From Octopus bimaculoides (lineage: Eukaryota), in NCBI RefSeq assembly GCF_001194135.2, contig NC_068999.1:51842758-51906757 (forward strand): a stretch of 64,000 nt of DNA. The letters run 5' to 3'. The notes beneath the pieces were generated by a model that searched no databases, was not told where the DNA came from, and saw only the letters and a program-made list of their open reading frames with translations. Positions 24,238 through 36,140 of the stretch are shown one piece after another (the stretch's first letter is position 1; each line of letters opens with the position of its first letter). Made by a program: the position numbers and the translations under genes.

Positions 24238-27149
24238 TTCTCAAGCTTGTTTAAAATGTTGGTGAGACACTTCAGTGGTTGTTGATAATTATCTCTAATC
24301 TATGTTTTGTCTTCCTTGAATGACAAGACTCTAGATTTTTTCCTTTTCAAAGGACATTTATACTCTTAAAAGGATAAAAAGTAATGATTTGTTGCAATCA
24401 TTTATCTGAAAAGCCTAGTTATGGAAATGTTTTAGCATATTAGATTATTGGAAGTATACTCTTGATGTTTGGAATTGACTAAAATTTTATTTTAGTTCAT
24501 TCTGAATTATTTTAACTTACTCAATTTATAATTGACTTGACATTTCTCTAAGAAAGGAATGAAAGACAAAAAAAAAATGACTTAAATTGTATTTATTTTT
24601 GAATGTATTGTCTTCATCATTTCTAACAAATAATTTTTAGGTTGTATATTTTAAAAACTGAACAGAAAAGAGATGAAGAATGATAACAAATCTGACATTT
24701 AGGACAAATTTCATATTGTTTCAGAAACAGTTAAGATAACGTTTGATTTATATCTTAAAAGAAATATTGGAAATTTGAACAGAGCTTAGTTAATGCTTTA
24801 TAACAAGAAGTAAAATATTTTAGTCTAAGACCAGAGCTATGTATTTTTTTAATTATAAGGTTAGGATATTTTATAGTTTTCTTTTGTATTACCATGACTT
24901 AGGCTCAGTTATATTGATTTTCAGTGTTTTAATCTTTCTTTGCTTATAGATTTATACTGTAATAAGGCTTTGTTGTATGCCTGTGTAGATAAAATTCCTT
25001 GAACAAAATTTGAAGCAGCTTACTGGGTCTGATGTCTCTAGCAGAAAATCCTCAGAGTATTTTTAAGTATTGTAATACAGAAATTACTTAAGACCTCTGA
25101 GTTCATTCGAGAAAATATTACTAGGAGTACATGAAAAAATTATCAGACAATCTCTAATATTAAGTATTCTCAATGCATGCCTCATATACTATAACATACT
25201 TGCTCAGGGAATTGTCAAGTTTAATCTGGATTAATTAGGCTGAAATAAATAGAGAATTAATTAAATCAATGCTGGAGTTGCCTGCCCTCCGGTTAAAAAG
25301 GCAAAATTATTATTCACAAGGTCAGGTATGATTATTACCTTCACCATTTATTTTAAACCATTTTGTAAATTTTATTGAACTTAAAATGCTTAATGCTATT
25401 TCTATATATGGAAGTTGATAATGATTGTGAAGTGAAATCAATGGAGATCAAATTGGGAAGATTATATATAAAAGAGCATTAGGTATCTATTTTAATTATT
25501 AAACATCATGCAGAGTAATAATAATAGATGGTTCTTTTGTGGCTTTTAAGATGGAAATGAATTTATGCAGATTAATTTTTTAACCTCATAATACATTTTT
25601 GTTTTTCTTTCTGAAATATTGACATCTGTTTTTTATGTTTGCAAAACATTTTGAAGTGTATCTCAATCTCAAGCTGATAATTTCATGCAGACAGATTGGG
25701 TAAGGTATGAAATAGTGTTAAATGTGACATGATTGAACTTCAAAGACTTTGAAGTTCAAGGTTGTATCTCTCAAGAATTGTCTGTCTTTATGTTTACTTT
25801 TATTTTTATTTTTTTCTTCTGGTTTTCTTTTATATTAAAGACTTTCTGAAGTATAGCACTGGCTTCTAGTATTTTAATAATTATTTTGTTTTCTAATGTT
25901 TCTTGGCTTTCCAATGTCTTTGATGTCTCATTGTTTTTCTAATGTCTCCAGAGTAATATAAACTCATTGATGTACAAGTTTCTGCATACTTTATAGCAGA
26001 AATATTAACAGAGACTTCTTCACTGCAGCTGAAGATGGACAGAAAGTTTCCCAACGAATATTGAGCATTTAAAAAAAAAGAATAATGATGATGGTATAGA
26101 GATCATCAGTGTATGGGAAGAAGGAATTCCTATTAAAGAATTTTGGGGAAGGGAGTTCTTTATTTTTTCTGTCCTTCACATTCAAAGCAAAATTGGTTCT
26201 AATTTCACACTGTACTCATTGCAATAGTGATATCTGTTTGACTTGGAAAAGTAGAAGACAAAACAACGTTGTTCAGCAGCCACACTATTATTACTACAGC
26301 CTAGTAGTCCCCACTAGAAGAAAATATACATACATATGTACGTACATACATATGATGTTCTTAATTCATTTAATTTTTCTGTACATACTATAATGCTTAA
26401 TCAATAACATTTACTTGTTTTAATGTTTATTACTTTCAAAACATTAATGTGCATCCTGAAAAAGTAAAATCTTGTTCTTTAACTCTTATGAAATATTACT
26501 AAAGTTTTAACCATTTTTTTTTTCTATTCCTACCTACCATGGTTCAATCAGCCTTCCAATTTCTGTTCATTTTTGTCACTAATTGCAGACTTCCCTCTTT
26601 CTCTCTTTCCTTTTCCTTTTTTATTAATCAAAATGGACATTAATTAATTCACCATTTAACATCTAATGCTACAAATTCTGGCATGTTGTTTTTTTAATCA
26701 GCATATGGGTGGTTAATTCTTTTTTCTTTATTTCTTAACTATTTGTATATTTAATATATGTTAGCTATTTTATATGAAAGATAAAATATCTTTCATAACT
26801 AACACTAATCAGTGATGGACAATCAACTTTGGGAAGATGGTATGAATGAGAGTAATGACATTAATTTCTTTTCCAAGGTCATTAGCAATGTAAATGAAGT
26901 GAAATAACTTAAATGGGAATCAGGTCATGACTACAACTTCCCATTAGCTCACCTTGTATGATTAGTTTCAACTTATTCATTCATCATTTTCTCATCAGGA
27001 TTTTTTTTATTGCTACTTTTTCTATGTTTTTTTCCTTGCACTCTTTCACCTGGAGAATGGTGAAATAGAAAGAGACTCTAAACTATTGATCCTTAGTGAA
27101 AATTGTGTAAATGATGGTACCTGTTCCAGATAGCTTAGAGAAAAATACT

Positions 27150-27560
27150 GATTCTTTTACTTCTTTTAGTCATGCTGGAGCATTGCCTTGAAGGGTTTAG
27201 TCAAAGAAATCAATCCCAGTATTTAATTTTTTGAAATCTGGTATTCATTCTGTTGGCTCCCTTTTGCTGAACCCCTAAGTTACAGTGTCATAAACCAGCA
27301 GTAGTTGTCAAGCAGTTGTGTTGGGAACAAACACAGACTTTTACACACACACACACATACACACACACACACATACACACACACACACATACACACACAC
27401 ACACATACACACACACACAAAATATGACTTCCACACAGTTTCCATCTCCCAAATTCACCCTCAGCACACTGGTTGAAGACACTTGTACAAGGTGCCATGC
27501 AGTGAGACTGAACCCAAAACCACATGGTGGCAAAGTGAGCTTCTTAGCCTCACATGCCCG
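27150..27560 (-). mobile_element. SINE family A with expanded internal (CA)n
   Basis: Reverse-complement match across tail, microsatellite and head. Confidence 0.8.
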
Positions 27561-29124
27561 GTACATTCATGTCATATACCTTTTTATTAGACCATAGATT
27601 AACATTATCATAAAACCACATTCCTTTCCACTCACCTGTTTTCAAGTAAGGTATTAATTACTTTCCTAAAGCTAGACCTGTTTTCACACAAAAGACTCAA
27701 AATAAACAACTTCACTTGTATGACAATGATGCTCACTAACAACGGTCACGTGATGTCTAGACAAGGGTACACACAAACACATACACACACTTATAGGACA
27801 GGCTTCTTTAAGCTTCTGTCAACCAAATCTACTAATCAGGTACCATGCAGTAGAACTGAACTTAAGACTGCATCTTTGGGAAGCAAGCTTCTTAACCACG
27901 CAGTCACTGTGTGGTTAAGAAGCCTACAAATCATTGACTGTATCCTTCACGCTCTCATGAACCCTTTTTGAGTTGTCAAATATTTGTATTCCCGCCTATT
28001 TCTAGTATGACCTATTTATTAGATAAATAGTGTTATATATTTTGTTGTATTGCTGTATTTCTTTTGCCAACCTGTTTCTCTTTTAAGGTAGACACTGATT
28101 TTATTAAGCAAAATGTCACAAATTTGAAAGAGATGGCATTGTCAAATTAATCAACTGGTATCTATTTTATCAAACATGAAAAGGATGAACTGTGTATGAT
28201 TTGAACTTGGAATATAAAGGTCTATAACAATCCTCTGCAAAGCATTTAATCCGCCATTCTGCTATATGATTCCACTCGAAAGAAAGATATTAAAACTTGA
28301 AATATCTGGAGAGCAAGTCTATGTTAGCGATTTTGAAACAAAAGAACTGATATGAAATTTCAGAAATTGACAAGATTTTAGTATATACTGACTGACCTGC
28401 TTAACATTCACCATATAGAATGAAGAAACTGATAGATAATATAAAAGTAAGATATTGATATTACAAAGAACCAATGAATTCTGGGGTTTCTGAAATCGTG
28501 TTTGGAAACACATACCTGACAGGCATTATTGAAAACCTTTTGAACATTGTCCTATATATCTGTCCTATGGTAATTCTTTTCAACTGATACAATATTAAAG
28601 CAGTTATCTGAGTAATACACAGTGTTCATTTACTTCAAATGCATCTGTTTCTTTCATAGAGATAGATGCACATTGAAGAAACAGTTCAGAAGTCTTTCCT
28701 TTGGGGAAAGATTATTTGTATAGATGTGTGTGTGTGTGACTCTTTTTAGAAGTAGCAATTACATAAGCTTACACTACTTATTCTGAAGATGGGATAATAG
28801 TGCTCATAGTGGAAAAATAATGGAGTTTGCATACAAATATATAGATATATTATTCTTTTATCTGTTTCAGTCATTTGACTGCAGCCATGCTGGAGCAGCT
28901 AGAAGACAAATTTGAAATGATGATGATGTTATCATCCTATTGTACAGTGTGGAAATTATTTCATTGTCATATAGTATTGTTTTTGAGTAATCTTTATTGT
29001 AGTTAGAAATTGTTCGAATACCATTATTTCTTGCCTTTATAATTGTTCTTCACCTCATCATTTATTGTCCGTGCTATTCAGTGAAGGGTTTGGATGTGAG
29101 TCTGAATGATTATTTCCATCTATA

Positions 29125-29392
29125 AGCGCAAGCTTGGTTGTGTGGTAGGAAACCTGCTTCCCAACCACATGGTTCCAGGTTGAGTCCCACTGCATGGCAC
29201 CATTGGTTAAGCAAGTGTCTTTTACTATAGCCTGAGGCTGACCAAAGCCTTGTGAGTGGATTTGGTAGACAGAAACTGAAAGAAGCCCGTCGTATATATA
29301 TATATATATATATATATAATAATATTAGGGACAAAATCCAAAATTACAGGTAAAAAACTCAATTAAAATCAATTTATAAAAAATTTCCCTAA

Positions 29393-29430
<38 letters not shown>

Positions 29431-29625
29431 CTATGTGTTTGTGTTTGTCCCCTCACCTTCGCTTGACAACCGATGTTGTGTTTACATCCCCGTAAGTTAG
29501 CAGCTTGGCAAAAGTGACTGATAGAATAAGTGCTAGGCTTACAAAAGAATAAGTCCTGGAGTGCTCCAGCATGGCTGCGATCAAATGACTGAAGCAAATG
29601 AAAGAATTAAAAGAATAAAAGAAAA
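29125..29625 (+). mobile_element. SINE family A with a ~77-bp insertion in its (TA)n tract
   Basis: Head, core, TA tract interrupted at 29319-29395, and tail. Confidence 0.85.
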
Positions 29626-30659
29626 ATGGTGGAAATGAAATAACAAATGAAATGGATACAACTGGAAATTGAACCAGGTTTGCAGACTCTGTTTGGGAAC
29701 TTCTCCCCCTATACTAATAATAACATGTAATATATGGAACTGTCAAGTCAATTGTGACTTTGATGCCCTATGGAATATCCATGGGAGCAGTTTTGCCATT
29801 TTGAGACTTAAGTCACTAATACAACATAGTGCTGATAACCTCTTGTTTGAATGTCCTCTAATGTATCCCTTAGTCCATACAATGGGTTTCCACATAATTT
29901 CTGTCTACTAAATTTCACTCCTGTGAGGGGACTTGCTTAACAAGTTGTGCAATGCCATCAAACTAGAAACCATATGGCTGAAAGGAACTTTTCAACCCCA
30001 CATTCACATTTGTGTAAATAGCAAACAATTTCTCTTTTGAGTGTATTACTACTGTGTACAAGGTTGATGCTTTTTATTAAGACTTTTTCATTTTACTTTA
30101 TTATTCCTTTATGTTTGGTTTGGGAACAATAATGTTCCGAAATCCATTAGTCAGATATTTCGAGGCCTTCACTATCTCATTTTCAAATTACAATGCAGTG
30201 TACGAAATAAAATCAGATAAAAAAAAACACTAGTTGACAGCATTGCAATTTTATATAGCAGTTCATAAAAATTGAGAGAAATAGCAATGGAAGCTTTACT
30301 GATAGCAAAAGACAAACTTAGATGCACAGATATATCATATATATAAATAAATTTTAAAAATATGTCTTGGTATTATGAAATCTATCTAGATTTACTGTTG
30401 TGTAATTTTAAACCCAGCATTGTTGATTTTAGCAGTTACAAAATTATTCTCAAGACCTTTGCAACTTACTGCAGAATAGGTAGACTACACACCATTGCAA
30501 CAATTTATTTGGAAATGAGATTATGAAATGCTAGACAAATGGAATATTGTTCCAAATCTAACATAAAGGACTAATGAAGAAATATGAAGACTCTTTAATG
30601 GAAATAGTCAGATTTTTAATATATATTTAACATTAAACTAAATGCGCACCTCAATGTGT

Positions 30660-30995
30660 GTGTAGACATGGTTATGTGGGTTTGCAACCTTCTGGCTTTA
30701 TTTTTAGTCCTCTAGGCTGACCAAAGCTTTGTGAAGGGTAGATGGAAACTGAATGAAGGCTGTTGTGAGTGTGCATGTGTGTCCTTGTTTTGACAGTGCA
30801 TGCTAATTGTAAACAACCATCACTGTCATACAAGTGATGTCGTTCATTTTACAGTCTTCCATGAAAACATGTCTGGCCACTGTACTCTTCATGTTCAAAG
30901 GATTAGGAGCCTGGCTGTTAAAAGTCTGCTTCAACAAATTTCATTTGACCCATGCAAGCATGAAAAAGTGGATATTAAAACAATGATGATGATAT
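30660..30995 (+). mobile_element. SINE with a family A head and core and the B2 (GAT)n tail
   Basis: GGCTGACCAAAGCTTTGTG...GGAAACTGAATGAAGGC, TG tract, ...GTGGATATTAAAACAATGATGATGAT. Confidence 0.7.
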
Positions 30996-31673
30996 GAAAG
31001 AGTAAATTTGAAAGTTGATCAGGGAATAGGCTGATCAGAACACAAGGATAGGTAAAAATAGAAAACAAACTGATTACCTGGAAAATTTGTACTTCTCTAT
31101 TAATAAACATTTTGTTATTATTTTATCCAGTTTACTTGTAACTTATGGAATTGTGTCCAAGATGTTCTTAAACTGTCCATCAAACTGGTCCACAGTTAGA
31201 TGGGATGGATACAAGAAAGTTATTTAAATACCATTTTATTATTCATAATTTGTACCTGTCACCTTTATGTCTAAGCTACAATATAATTTGTAGCATTTTT
31301 TTGGCATAGTTATGGTTGGTAAACCTAACATGCAACCTTGTTTAACATAATCACCACCCTCCATATTGTCCTTCAATGCCTTTAGTGAAGTTAAGCATTT
31401 GGACTATCATTCTTCTCTCCAATGTTATTCTTAGAGAACATTTGGGCTGGGGCAACTGCCACAACAATCTCACCAATATTGAAGAGTGGGTAGATGGGTG
31501 GGGACAAAAGTTATGAGAATTGCCTTCCCCGCTTCTCCTCCTCACCCATTGGCTAACTTATTAAATAAAATCTTACATACTAAAAAGTATCCATAGTGTT
31601 ACCTTTTCATTACAATTTAGCAATTTGAATATCTCTGTATATCTGTGTATGTGTGTGTGTGTGTGTGTGTGTG

Positions 31674-31721
<48 letters not shown>

Positions 31722-31739
31722 TAGATAGATATCTTACAT

Positions 31740-32102
31740 GCCGATAGCATGCAAAAAGCACCTTTCATGTGTTGGGCCTCTTGGAGGCAAAATGGCTGCT
31801 GCTGGTGGCACATGAAAAACGCCTTTCGAGTGTTGGGCCTCACGGAGGTAATGACCATGACCTTTGACATTGTCATACTTGAGAAGACTCATCAAGGCAA
31901 GTAAAATCGCAGTTGTGACAGATACTGGTGGCATGTAAAAGCACCCATTACACTCTTGGAGTGGTTAGCATTAGGAAGGGCATCCAACCATAAAAATCAT
32001 GCCAAATCAGACTGGAGTCTGGCACAGCCTTCCAGCTTACCAGCCCTGATCAAACCATCTAACCCATGCCAGCATGGATAACAGACATTAAATGATGATG
32101 AT
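31740..32102 (+). mobile_element. SINE family B
   Basis: GGTGGCATGTAAAAGCACCC...GGTTAGCATTAGGAAGGGCATCC...CATGCCAGCATGGATAACAGACATTAAATGATGATGAT. Confidence 0.8.
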
Positions 32103-32367
32103 ATATATAGATATTATTGACCTTTCAGATTAGAGAATTAATTACTAATCAGGGTGGTTGTCCTTTTTTTTATATATAAATAGTCTAATGAAAGCAAAGT
32201 TTAATTTCTGTTTTCAGTCTTTTATTTTGATAGTCATATATCTACATGGTTTTTATTTCTAGTTATTTTAATCTATATTTAGCTTAATTTACTTTCTTTA
32301 GATAATCCATTTTAAACAATTCCAGTGTGATTACTGATGTTCTAAATATGTGTTCAGTACTTCTAAA

Positions 32368-32707
32368 GGCACATGGCTCAGTGATTAGAGTGTCAGGCTT
32401 ACAATTGTGAGGTTGTGAGTTCAATTCTCAGACTGGGTTGTGTGTTGTGTTCTTGAGCAAGACACTTTCTTTCACATTGCTCCAATTCACTCAGCTGGAG
32501 AAATAAGTTGCGACGTCACTGGTGCCAAGCTTTGTCAGCCTTTGCCTTTCCCTTGGACAACATTGGTGGTATGGAGAAGGGAGACTGGTATGTACAGGTG
32601 ACTACTTGTCTTCCATAAACAACCCTGCCCAGACTTGTTCCTCAGAGGGTAACTTTCTAGGTGCAATCCCATGGTCAGTCATGACCGAAGGGGGTCTTTA
32701 CTTTTTC
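32368..32707 (+). mobile_element. tRNA-derived SINE (family D-related) with 9-bp TSD
   Basis: Head GGCACATGGCTCAGTGATTAGAG...GTGAGTTCAATTCTC; TSD ACTTCTAAA at 32359-32367 and 32708-32716. Confidence 0.8.
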
Positions 32708-33638
32708 ACTTCTAAATGTATATATGAGTGTGCATTTATAAGCAGTGCAAGTTTTTAACTATCTCTGTGATGTGTTATTGAATATGCAAACACATATCTA
32801 TCTCTGGATAGAAAAAAGAATGATCCATGTGGCCTGGTTTCAATCTTAGTTAGGATCTTTTTAGAGACTATGTACTTTCCTTTGTTTGCCCATGAAAAGA
32901 GATGTTTACTTATTGCTATTTACAGCCACTAAATATCATCACTTAACTACATTAGTGAGACCGAATTAAACAACTGGTACTTTTGCTGTGTACATAGTCA
33001 ATTATTTATTTGTAGATGCACTAAACCATGTGTTCAGTACTTTGAAGTGTATATTGAAACATAACTTTTGGTAAAATAGATTGACCAATTTAGTGAAGCC
33101 ATTACATTTAGCTGATACAAATAGCTATATATCTCTTTGTAGACAGCAAAGGTGAATGCATGGCTTCTGAAGGCCAGTCCTCCTTTTTCTGTCCTAAGGG
33201 AGACAAGACATTTGTTTACATTTGTCCACAATGATGACTAAAAACCCAAACTACTTTCTCAGTAATATCATTGTAATATAACTTTTCTAGAATATGCTAT
33301 TATTATTATTTTTTATTGACTGATAATTAACCCTGTGACAATGGTTGTTTATCAGGCAACCAGGCCGCACCAATAGTAGTTGTCCTGGCTGAGGTTAGCA
33401 CTCAGCACATGACAATGGTTCACTGTATATTTACATCAACCACTTCAAAGCAAGCACTGCTTATTTATGGAAATCTGCTATCACTGGGCAGAATGCTCCT
33501 ACAGTGTTACTGTCCGAATATGATCACTAGACAGAGCAAGTCAGACAAATAGCATATATTAGCTTGACAAAACATCAAAAATTAACTTTAATGTGGTAAA
33601 TCTGAAAACGGTGTAATACATAATGGGACATGACAGTC

Positions 33639-33719
<81 letters not shown>

Positions 33720-34552
33720 TCTCCTAGCAGTGACTGTGCACTGCACACACAGCACATCCTTTTGATGTATTCTTTTGGGTTTTTTTGGGGAATTGAAGTG
33801 GGAAAAATGTCCTCATCCAGGATGTTAGTCCAACTCTCACACTGCCAAGCATTTGTCATATCAGAAATAAATTTATTAGTGTCACATCCACCATGTATAA
33901 GAAAAGTTTCTTATATCATTTCACAAATTTGCACACTGATTTGTGTGTTGACACCAGTTGATCACAACAAATATCAACAGCCATCAGTGATTGTACGACA
34001 ACATCACAGTTGGTTTCATTACTGGAATTCCAGACCCATATCATTGGCCAGCAGAATGCTCTGAATTTGAACACTGCTCTTGCCTTTCATCTCAGTAGTC
34101 AATAATCATTATTTGTAAACTGGAATTATGTCAACTATATTTCTTGTCTCTCCACATCAATGGCATAGTGCCACTATCAGTTTTGCCTTTGCTAAGTTTT
34201 GCATTGTGAAGTTCAGATGGCATATTTGTTAAATAGAAGAGAAAAATAAATTGAAATATATTTTGTAGCTACAAAAATAAATTTACTCTTAACAATTCTG
34301 CTATTTATCTAAAATGAACCATTATCTTATCACACTCTAAAGTTCAAATTTCCACAGATTAAAACAAAGAAATAGATTTAAGTTGTTTGTTTTTTTTTTT
34401 TCAATCTGCATCTTCATCTCACTCTTTCTTTTTCTCTCTCCTCATATATAAGTGTGTGTGTGCATCTATCTATCTATCTATATTCATGTGTGAATGATCT
34501 GATGAAGTAGACAGTTAGTACTCTAAATTTTTATTTTTATTTATACACATAC

Positions 34553-34948
34553 GCAGGAGTGGCTGTGTGGTAAGTAGCTTACTTACCAACCACATAGTTC
34601 CGGGTTCAGTCCTACTGCGTGGCACCTTGGGCAAAGTATCTTCTACTATAGCCTCGGGCCGACCAAAGCCTTGTGAGTGGATTTGGTAGACGGAAACTGA
34701 AAGAAGCCCGTCGTATATATATATATATATATGTATGTGTGTTTGTGTGTCTGTGTTTGTCCCCCCACCATTGCTTGGCAACCGATGCTGGTGTGTTTAC
34801 GTCCCCGTAACTTAGTGGTTCGGCACAAAGAGACCAATAGAATAAGTACTAGGCTTACAAAGAATAAGTCCTGGGGTCGATTTGCTCGACTAAAGGCGGT
34901 GCTCCAGCATGGCCACAGTCAAAATGACTGAAACAAGTAAAAGAGTAT
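34553..34948 (+). mobile_element. Young full-length SINE family A
   Basis: Complete head, core, (TA)n(TG)n and tail; many CpGs retained inside a CpG-depleted intron. Confidence 0.9.
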
Positions 34949-35439
34949 ACTTTCATTTCATTTCATTTACATAATTCATATAAGAGCTAATGCCTAAAGC
35001 AATGGACAGTGTTACAGGTGCTATGAAGTTATGCCTTGTCCTTCATCCTTTTTGACTTTTGTTTTTCACTCCCTACTCAAGCAGATTGTTTCTAGCAGTT
35101 CTTGGTACTTAACACCACCCTCCACCTTGATCAGACATTATGATTGTGTGTACAATTGGGAATAGTAACCACAAATTTAATGCACTACATATGGCCTTGA
35201 TTTTGACAACTTGCCCCAATAATTCTAACGATATGAACAACTGAAAGGTCGAGTTGACTTTGGTCATATTCATCCTGAATTATAAACCTGCTAGTGTAGT
35301 AGTATCTTTCGGAAATGAAGGGATTTATTTCTGCCACTTGCCTGTAATTCTTAATGTTTTTGCTTCAAGCCTAACTCATTGTCTTGGGTTTCATTTTGTC
35401 TTCTTCAGTTTGTATTTTTAAGTTTACCTACTCTTCTCC

Positions 35440-36140
35440 ATTATTCACCCTGACTCATTCTCACACTTCATTATTTCCTCTCTCCCTGTCTCTCTCTCTC
35501 TCTCTCTCTCTTTGTACATCTACCCAGCCCCAAAAGAACTGCATTCTCACCTGGCCCTTGACTTCCTTCTCCATTTTTCCCCCAAACCATCTTTTGTCAT
35601 TCCTTTTATTTTCCTTACTGCCTTTTCTCATTCTTTTATTTTTTTTTTCTGATGAAAAACTACGTGTTCAAAACGTCAAAACTCTTTCCTCTCTATTAAG
35701 CATTAAACTAATACAACATTTATTAAGATATGTCCCTTCTGTGTTGCCTTGTTCTTGTCCTCATTGCCTTATATTCTCCCCATCAAATTCTGTCTCCACA
35801 TTTTCTCTTCATTTTCCAACATTTCAATACCTCTTTATCACATTACACCTGTCTCTTTCTCTCTCCCTCCTCCTCTCTCTCATATACTCTATACCTCTTT
35901 ATTCCTCTCTCTTATTGTAGAGCTTCATTCTTCTACCATCCCTCTTCTCATACTGATGCTATCTCTTTCCCTCTCACTATTTTTTTCCATCTCTCTCTAT
36001 ATTTAACAGTCCGTTCATGATTATCTCTCTTACAAGCTGCTTTCACTCTCTCAACAATCTATACAATTTGCCTCTCTTCATGGTACTTTCCTTTTCGCTC
36101 TCTCATGTCTCTCACCATAACAACAGCTTTCTTCTCCCAT
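35440..36140. repeat. ~700-bp pyrimidine-rich (CT) low-complexity tract
   Basis: Direct reading; accounts for the L/S/F-rich ORFs at 35384-36020. Confidence 0.85.

Noticed and set aside
25733-25759. Heat-shock element reading of the palindrome
   Set aside because: The spacing is GAA-N-TTC, not the canonical GAA-NN-TTC.
29325-29392. TTAGGG/CCCTAA telomeric hexamers
   Set aside because: Single copies only, with no telomeric array.
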